The position numbers and the translations under genes were made by a program. The notes below the pieces were generated by a model, which searched no databases, was not told the origin of the DNA, and saw only the letters and a program-made list of their open reading frames with translations. From NCBI GenBank assembly GCA_034429715.1, contig DAOUFR010000112.1, positions 3,242 to 67,241 of the forward strand: a stretch of 64,000 nucleotides of DNA, read 5' to 3'. Of this stretch, positions 58,793 to 64,000 are shown in pieces. Source of the DNA: Dehalococcoidia bacterium (GTDB lineage: Bacteria > Chloroflexota > Dehalococcoidia > GIF9 > UBA5629). Position 1 is the first letter of the stretch, and the number at the start of each line of letters is the position of its first letter.

Positions 58793-58878
58793 AGAATGAT
58801 TTCCCCCTGTCTTAATCCACTGATAAAATTATATTTGGCCGACCGGATTTATTGAAATACGCAGCTTTATTATACCAG

Positions 58879-58907
58879 TTTACAAATTATACAAATAATG
58901 TATAATT
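58879..58907 (+). promoter_or_regulatory. Sigma70-type promoter with an embedded palindrome (one mismatch) upstream of dsrA, in the divergent GRE/dsrA intergenic region.
   Basis: TTTACA, a 16-nt spacer, then TATAAT. The spacer AATTATACAAATAATG is 15 of 16 identical to the spacer at 40753-40768. The flanking TTTAA is also conserved. Confidence 0.5.
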
Positions 58908-59010
58908 TAACTGTCGATAAATGCGGTGGGGAGCGGGCATGATTATGCCTGCAAATGGTATTATTTTAGTATCAGACTCGGGCGGATTAAACAACCAGGA
59001 GGTGCAGTAA

Positions 59011-60180
59011 ATGGCGGACAGAGACACACCTTTAATCAACAACCTCGAGGGCGGGCCCTGGCCCAGCTACATAAAAGAGATCAAGCGTGCCGGCAAGAAG
59101 AATGCTGCTGCCAATGATCTGCTGGGCGTGCAGGAGCTTTCCTTTAAGGACAAGATCACCCACTGGAAACACGGCGGCATAGTAGGCGTGACGGGCTACG
59201 GCTCGGGGGTCATCGGCAGGTACATAGATGCCCCTGAGAAATTCCCCGCAGTCGAGATGTTCCACACTATGCGCATCAACCAGCCGGCCGGTTGGTTTTA
59301 TACAACCGATGCCCTGCGCAAAATCTGCGATATCTGGGAGAAGCACGGCAGCGGCCTGACCAATTTTCACGGATCTACGGGAGACGTCATCCTCCTGGGC
59401 ACCACGACACAGCACCTGCAGCCCTGCTTCGACGAGTTGATCGATGCCGGTTTCGACCTGGGCGGCTCGGGTTCGGCGCTGCGCACCATCAGCTGCTGTG
59501 TCGGCCCCGCCCGCTGTGAGTACTCATGCATCGATACGCTGGATATCTGCAGCAACCTGACGCAGGAATTTCAGGATGAGATACACCGCCCGCGCTGGCC
59601 TTATAAATTCAAGATCAAGATATCGGGATGCCCCAACGACGGCGTTGCTGCCATAGCCCGCGCAGACTTCACCATCATCGGAACTTGGCGCGATTCGCTG
59701 CGCATCGATCAGGACGAGGTCCGCAGGTATGTTAAGAACGGCCTGGATATCAGGGGCATCGTCACTGACAAATGCCCGACCAAAGCATTGGCCTGGGATG
59801 AGAAGGGGCAAAAACTTAATCTGAGGGCAGATGATTGCGTACGCTGCATGCACTGCATCAACAAGATGCCCAGGGCGCTCAGACCCGGTCTGGAACGGGG
59901 GGCAACCATATTGATCGGCGGAAAGGCCCCCATTATCAAGGGCGCTTACCTCTCCTGGGTGCTGGTCCCCTTCATGAAGATGGAGCCGCCCTACGATGAG
60001 GCCAAGGAGCTGCTGCGCAAGATCTGGGAATGGTGGGATGAGAACGGACGCTCACGCGAGCGTGTCGCCGAACTGATCGAGAGAATGGGCCTCAAGACCT
60101 TCCTGCGCGCCGTTGACCTCAAACCGCTTCCGCAGATGGTCTATAAGCCCAGGGCCAATCCGTACGTATTCTTCGATTAA
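59011..60180 (+). CDS. dsrA: Dissimilatory sulfite reductase alpha subunit.
   Basis: N-terminal [11 protein letters not shown], then the sirohaem/Fe-S Cys region [17 protein letters not shown], then the ferredoxin insert CPTKA...CVRCMHC. GGAGGTG RBS. It is followed by dsrB. Confidence 0.9.
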   Translation: MADRDTPLINNLEGGPWPSYIKEIKRAGKKNAAANDLLGVQELSFKDKITHWKHGGIVGVTGYGSGVIGRYIDAPEKFPAVEMFHTMRINQPAGWFYTTDALRKICDIWEKHGSGLTNFHGSTGDVILLGTTTQHLQPCFDELIDAGFDLGGSGSALRTISCCVGPARCEYSCIDTLDICSNLTQEFQDEIHRPRWPYKFKIKISGCPNDGVAAIARADFTIIGTWRDSLRIDQDEVRRYVKNGLDIRGIVTDKCPTKALAWDEKGQKLNLRADDCVRCMHCINKMPRALRPGLERGATILIGGKAPIIKGAYLSWVLVPFMKMEPPYDEAKELLRKIWEWWDENGRSRERVAELIERMGLKTFLRAVDLKPLPQMVYKPRANPYVFFD

Positions 60181-60200
60181 ATATATTGAAGGAGAGAGAA

Positions 60201-61265
60201 ATGGGAAAAAGCGACATCGGGCCTCCAAGCTATAAAAAGATGCTTCCGGCAGTTATCGAGAAGAATTACGGAAAGTGGAAGTATCATGAAATACTCAAGC
60301 CGGGCGTGCTCAGGCACGTATCCGAGAGCGGCGACGAAGTCTGGACCGTACGCGCAGGATCGCCACGCCTGGTCAGCATTGATTTCATCCGCGATATCTG
60401 CGATATAGCCGATAAATACTGCGACGGCAAGCTGCGTTTCACCAGCCGCTCCAATGTTGAGTTCATGACGCCTAAAAAAGAAAACGTTGAACCTATTATC
60501 GCGGCAGTACAAAAAATGGGCTTACCGGTGGGCGGCACGGGTAAGGCCATATCCAATATAGTGCACACGCAGGGCTGGGCGCATTGCCACAGCGCTGCCA
60601 CCGACTCCTCCGGCCTGGTTAAAGCCATCATGGATGAGTTATATCCTTATTTCACCAGCATGAAGCTGCCGGCCAAGTTGAGGGTTGCGTTGGCCTGCTG
60701 CATCAACATGTGCGGCGCCGTGCACTGCTCCGACATAGCCATCGTGGGCATACATACCAAACCGCCCAAGGTGGACAACAGCAAGGTGGCCGCCGTCTGC
60801 GAGATACCGACTACCATGGCCTCCTGTCCCACCGGCGCCATACGCAAGAGCCCCGATCCCAACATTAAGGGGCTGGTAGTCAACGAAGAGAAATGCATGT
60901 ACTGCGGCAACTGTTTCACGGTCTGCCCGGCTATGCCGCTGGCCGATGCCGAGGGAGATGGCGTGGCCATCTATGTTGGCGGCAAAGTCTCCAATGCCCG
61001 CCATGCGCCCATGTTCTCACGTCTGGCCATCCCCTACCTGCCCAATAATCCGCCGCGCTGGCCCGAGGCGGTGAGCGCCATCAAGAATATCGTAGAAATC
61101 TATGCCAAACATGCTCTCCCCGACGAAAGAATGGGAGAGTGGATCGACCGCGTCGGCTGGGAGAGCTTCTTCAAACTTACCGGTATACCCTTTACCGAGT
61201 ACCATATAGATGATTTCACACACGGTGTAGATACCTACCGCACCACCACGCAGTTCCGCTGGTAG
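60201..61265 (+). CDS. dsrB: Dissimilatory sulfite reductase beta subunit.
   Basis: Ferredoxin domain [12 protein letters not shown] and sirohaem-binding Cys. ATG 60201 is preferred over the TTG at 60186 because of the GGAGAGAG RBS spacing. Confidence 0.9.
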   Translation: MGKSDIGPPSYKKMLPAVIEKNYGKWKYHEILKPGVLRHVSESGDEVWTVRAGSPRLVSIDFIRDICDIADKYCDGKLRFTSRSNVEFMTPKKENVEPIIAAVQKMGLPVGGTGKAISNIVHTQGWAHCHSAATDSSGLVKAIMDELYPYFTSMKLPAKLRVALACCINMCGAVHCSDIAIVGIHTKPPKVDNSKVAAVCEIPTTMASCPTGAIRKSPDPNIKGLVVNEEKCMYCGNCFTVCPAMPLADAEGDGVAIYVGGKVSNARHAPMFSRLAIPYLPNNPPRWPEAVSAIKNIVEIYAKHALPDERMGEWIDRVGWESFFKLTGIPFTEYHIDDFTHGVDTYRTTTQFRW

Positions 61266-61278
61266 AAGGAGTAGCAAG

Positions 61279-61479
61279 ATGACAGAAGGAGTTAGCGAGG
61301 AACTAAAAGAGAAAGTTTTAAAATACCTGGGCACGGTCAGCAAGGCCAAGAACCGCGACGTGGCGCGCGCAGTGGAAGTCGAGAAAGCCCTGGTGGATAA
61401 GACTATTTCTGAATTGGCCAAGGAAAACAAGATCGAGTATATCTACCTGGGAACCTCATATATACAGCTCAAGCAGTAG
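61279..61479 (+). CDS. dsrD: DsrD, a small winged-helix protein of dsr operons.
   Basis: 66 aa, basic and helical, with YLG...KAKNRDVARA and IEYIYLGTSYIQL. It sits directly after dsrB. Confidence 0.8.
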   Translation: MTEGVSEELKEKVLKYLGTVSKAKNRDVARAVEVEKALVDKTISELAKENKIEYIYLGTSYIQLKQ

Positions 61480-61492
61480 AGAGGAACATTGC

Positions 61493-62926
61493 ATGCAGAC
61501 AGCGCGCCTGATGATAGCCGCCCCGCAGGGACGCTCCGGCAAGACTGCCGTGGCCATAGGCCTGTGCGCCTCCCTGAGGGAGCGTGGTTTGAAGATAAAG
61601 CCTTTCAAGAAAGGTCCCGATTATATAGACCCCTCCTGGCTCTCGGCGGCTGCCGGCATCCCCTGTAGCAATCTCGACCTCTTCATGTTCGATCCCTCCG
61701 CATTGCTGAGAAGCTTCCGTGAGGGCTGTGAAAGGGCCGACCTGGCGCTGATTGAGGCATCGATGGGTCTCTATGACAGCCCCCTGGATGACGGTGAAGG
61801 CAGTTCAGCCTGGCTGGCGCGCGAACTTCAGGTACCCGTAGTAATGATCGTCAATTGCTCCCGCATGACGCGCAGCGCGGCAGCTATGGTCAGCGGCTAC
61901 CTCAATTTTGAGCCGGCTACGCCCATCGCCGGTGTGATATTAAACTACGTGGGCAATCCCAGGCACGAGCGCACCATCGTCAAAGCCATTGATCAGTACT
62001 GCGGCATACCCGTGCTGGGCGCGCTTCCCAGGGATGACCGCCTGGCGATACGTGAGCGGCATCTCGGCATCGTCCCCTTACAGGAACAGGCCGAGGCCGC
62101 CACTATGATCGACCGTATAGGAAGCTCCGTCAGCCAATACGTAGATATCGATCGCATACTGGGCATCGCACGAGGATCTGAGAGATCGATGCGCCCCGCT
62201 CGCGGTGACAACGGCAACCACATCATTGCGAGTAACGCAGCTACAAGTCAATCTCGCAGGATTGAAGTTAAAATTGGCGTCCTGGCGGACAGGGCTTTCA
62301 GTTTTTACTATCCCGAGAACCTCGAAGCGCTGCAACGAAACGGGGCTCAACTGGTTTACATCGATTCATTCGGGGACAGGCACCTGCCGGCAGTTGATGC
62401 CGTCTATATCGGCGGGGGCTTCCCCGAGCTTTATGCCTCGCAGCTTGAGTCTAATAGTAGTCTGCGTCGGGATATTAAAGCCGGCGTGGAATCCGGATTG
62501 CCGGTCTACGCGGAGTGTGCAGGACTGATGTACCTCTGCCGTTCACTGCTCAAGACAGGCAAGGCCTACGACATGTGCGGCGTGATACCCGCGGACGTCG
62601 CCGTCGAGAAAAAGCCGCAGGGACATGGCTATGTCTCGGTCGAAGTCACAGGACAAAATCCCTTTTTCCCGGCGGGCACGCAGCTCAGGGGCCACGAGTT
62701 CCACTATTCCAGGCTGGTCAACATGGGCGACCTGCACTGCGCCTACCGTATAATCCGGGGCAACGGGATCGACGGTATAAATGACGGCTTTATTTATAAG
62801 AACGTGCTGGCCTCTTACACCCACCTGCATGCCCTCGGAGCGCCCTGCTGGGCGCAAAATTTCGTAAAGCTGGCGGCCGCACGGAAAAACGCAGACAAAA
62901 GTATCACAGTTAAAACCGGAGGATAA
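61493..62926 (+). CDS. dsrN: DsrN, a cobyrinic acid a,c-diamide synthase (CbiA)-like sirohaem amidase.
   Basis: N-terminal P-loop GRSGKT (CobQ/CobB/MinD-type ATPase) and a C-terminal glutamine amidotransferase domain (CAGLMYLC). Confidence 0.8.
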   Translation: MQTARLMIAAPQGRSGKTAVAIGLCASLRERGLKIKPFKKGPDYIDPSWLSAAAGIPCSNLDLFMFDPSALLRSFREGCERADLALIEASMGLYDSPLDDGEGSSAWLARELQVPVVMIVNCSRMTRSAAAMVSGYLNFEPATPIAGVILNYVGNPRHERTIVKAIDQYCGIPVLGALPRDDRLAIRERHLGIVPLQEQAEAATMIDRIGSSVSQYVDIDRILGIARGSERSMRPARGDNGNHIIASNAATSQSRRIEVKIGVLADRAFSFYYPENLEALQRNGAQLVYIDSFGDRHLPAVDAVYIGGGFPELYASQLESNSSLRRDIKAGVESGLPVYAECAGLMYLCRSLLKTGKAYDMCGVIPADVAVEKKPQGHGYVSVEVTGQNPFFPAGTQLRGHEFHYSRLVNMGDLHCAYRIIRGNGIDGINDGFIYKNVLASYTHLHALGAPCWAQNFVKLAAARKNADKSITVKTGG

Positions 62927-62931
62927 ATGAA

Positions 62932-63081
62932 ATGGCAGTATGCCCGGTATGTAAAATGGAAGTAGAGGAGAAAAAAGCCCGCGGCACGAGTGAGCATAAG
63001 GGTAAGACCCATTACTTCTGCTGCAAAGCCTGTAAGAAGAAGTTTGACGAAGATCCCGATAAATATTCCAAGGACAAATAA
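62932..63081 (+). CDS. Small YHS/TRASH-type metal-binding protein of 49 aa. It falls below the ORF-track size cutoff.
   Basis: MAVCPVCKMEVEEKKARGTSEHKGKTHYFCCKACKKKFDEDPDKYSKDK. The CPVC...HYFCC pattern is that of a YHS/TRASH domain. GGAGGA sits 8 nt upstream. It lies between dsrN and dsrC. Confidence 0.5.
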   Translation: MAVCPVCKMEVEEKKARGTSEHKGKTHYFCCKACKKKFDEDPDKYSKDK

Positions 63082-63099
63082 ACAACAGGAGAACTGAGC

Positions 63100-63417
63100 A
63101 TGCCTAAAGTAACACTTGGCGGAAAGGAACTCGAGATAGATGAAGACGGCTTCATACAGGAGCCCGAAAAATGGGACAAGGCCGTAGCCGAAGATATTGC
63201 AAAAACAGAGGAAGCTTATCCCATGAGCGAGGACCACTGGAAGCTGGTGAATTACCTGCGCAATTACTTCCTCGAGTTCGAAATAGCTCCGCCCATCAGG
63301 ATGGTCACCAAGCAGACCGGCTTTGACCTCAAGACCATATACAAACTTTTCCCGGGCGGACCGGCCAAGGGCGCCTGTAAAGTGGCAGGGCTGCCCAAAC
63401 CCACCGGCTGTGTATAG
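63100..63417 (+). CDS. dsrC: DsrC, the sulfur-carrier protein with a C-terminal redox-active Cys pair.
   Basis: 105 aa. The C-terminus CKVAGLPKPTGCV carries the two invariant cysteines spaced by 10 residues. A helix-turn-helix region precedes it. Confidence 0.9.
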   Translation: MPKVTLGGKELEIDEDGFIQEPEKWDKAVAEDIAKTEEAYPMSEDHWKLVNYLRNYFLEFEIAPPIRMVTKQTGFDLKTIYKLFPGGPAKGACKVAGLPKPTGCV

Positions 63418-63428
63418 AGCCGTACTAC

Positions 63429-64000
63429 AATGTGGTTATTGCTGCTGACCTACATCTGCCTTTTAATCTTCATCGCCGGATTAACCTGGAGAATATATAA
63501 ATACGCTTCGCTCCCGGTACACCTGCGTTGGGAGCTGTACCCGGTAGCCCATGAAATCGGCAGGCCATATGGAGGGTCGTACCTCGAGGAAGAGGATTGG
63601 TGGCGCCGGCCACGTAAAATTAACCTGTTGGGCGAATCAACTGTATTTCTTCGGGAGATTGTTTTCTTTCGAGAGTATTTTTACAGCAACCGGAGATTCT
63701 GGAGCTTCGTATATCCCTTCCACCTCGGATTGTTTCTGCTGGTGGCCTGGGTAGTAATGCTCCTGGCAGGATCAATACTCACACTGAACGGATTGAGTAT
63801 TTCCTCAACATCACCTTATTTCGGGGTTGCGCTTGTTTACTACCTAACTCTCATATCCGGTGTCGCCGCCTTTATACTGGGCATCTTCGGTACTATCGGG
63901 CTACTGATTAAGCGGTCTTACGACGAAGACCTTAGAAAATACTCGGCGCCCATCGATTACTTCAATCTTACAGGTATATTGCTCGTTTTCCTGACCGGCC
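63429..64000 (+). CDS. NarI/DsrM-like membrane cytochrome b, truncated at the 3' end by the window edge. It is a possible second DsrM-type paralog.
   Basis: Open frame from ATG 63429 to the window end, so it is not in the ORF track. The TM helices with RRFWSFVYPFHLGLFLL parallel the dsrM motif RWLWLGGLAFHWSLFII. Confidence 0.5.

Noticed and set aside
58866-58877. Extended -10-like TGGTATAAT on the minus strand, a possible GRE promoter.
   Set aside because: No acceptable -35 sits at 16-18 nt spacing (the TTGTAT is only 14 nt away). It is noted but not called as a feature.
1-64000. CRISPR arrays, IS elements, integrases and prophage genes.
   Set aside because: No direct-repeat/spacer periodicity is visible, and no transposase, integrase or phage structural ORFs were found in any frame.

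Overview
The window is a 64-kb chromosomal segment (roughly 55% GC overall) from an anaerobic sulfate- or sulfite-reducing bacterium. Gene content in order of coordinates:

- A Na+/solute symporter, followed by a tightly linked smpB–ssrA (tmRNA) pair on the minus strand.
- comEA and comEC competence genes.
- An NYN-domain protein, and a sporulation-type DUF2953 (YtfI-like) plus GerW/YtfJ pair.
- A four-subunit 2-oxoacid:ferredoxin oxidoreductase operon (porGDAB). Immediately downstream, on the same strand, sit three tandem paralogous genes encoding an unrecognised cysteine-rich Fe-S protein family.
- An acyl-CoA dehydrogenase, a LemA/TPM pair, a DUF3795 protein, a LivK-like substrate-binding protein, a DUF47 protein, a nitroreductase, an anti-sigma kinase and a CDF transporter.
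- An AT-richer exopolysaccharide-like locus: TPR lipoprotein, tandem-duplicated deacetylase-like lipoprotein, NAD-dependent epimerase, membrane GT2 synthase and a UDP-sugar dehydrogenase.
- A GAF histidine kinase, an OmpR-type response regulator, and a second, unusual response regulator fused to a Zn-ribbon plus two nuclease-fold modules.
- An SDR, an FAD disulfide oxidoreductase and a LarA-like protein, arranged as an operon divergent from a NitT/TauT (sulfonate-type) ABC transporter, an MFS transporter and a 3-hydroxyacyl-CoA dehydrogenase.
- A complete dissimilatory sulfite reduction island: dsrMKJOP, then ccsA, a YeiH-family transporter, a radical-SAM/SPASM protein, an 866-aa glycyl radical enzyme divergent from dsrABD-dsrN, an unannotated 49-aa YHS/TRASH ORF, dsrC, and a truncated NarI-like membrane protein.

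Most notable observations:
- A near-identical 30-nt promoter with a perfect 10-3-10 palindrome occurs twice, once upstream of the sulfonate-type ABC transporter and once between the glycyl radical enzyme and dsrAB. This implies a shared regulon linking a candidate organosulfonate C-S lyase to Dsr.
- The tandem triplicated Fe-S protein family follows POR directly.
- The REC-nuclease fusion regulator has an output domain I do not recognise.

No CRISPR array, transposase or integrase is visible.
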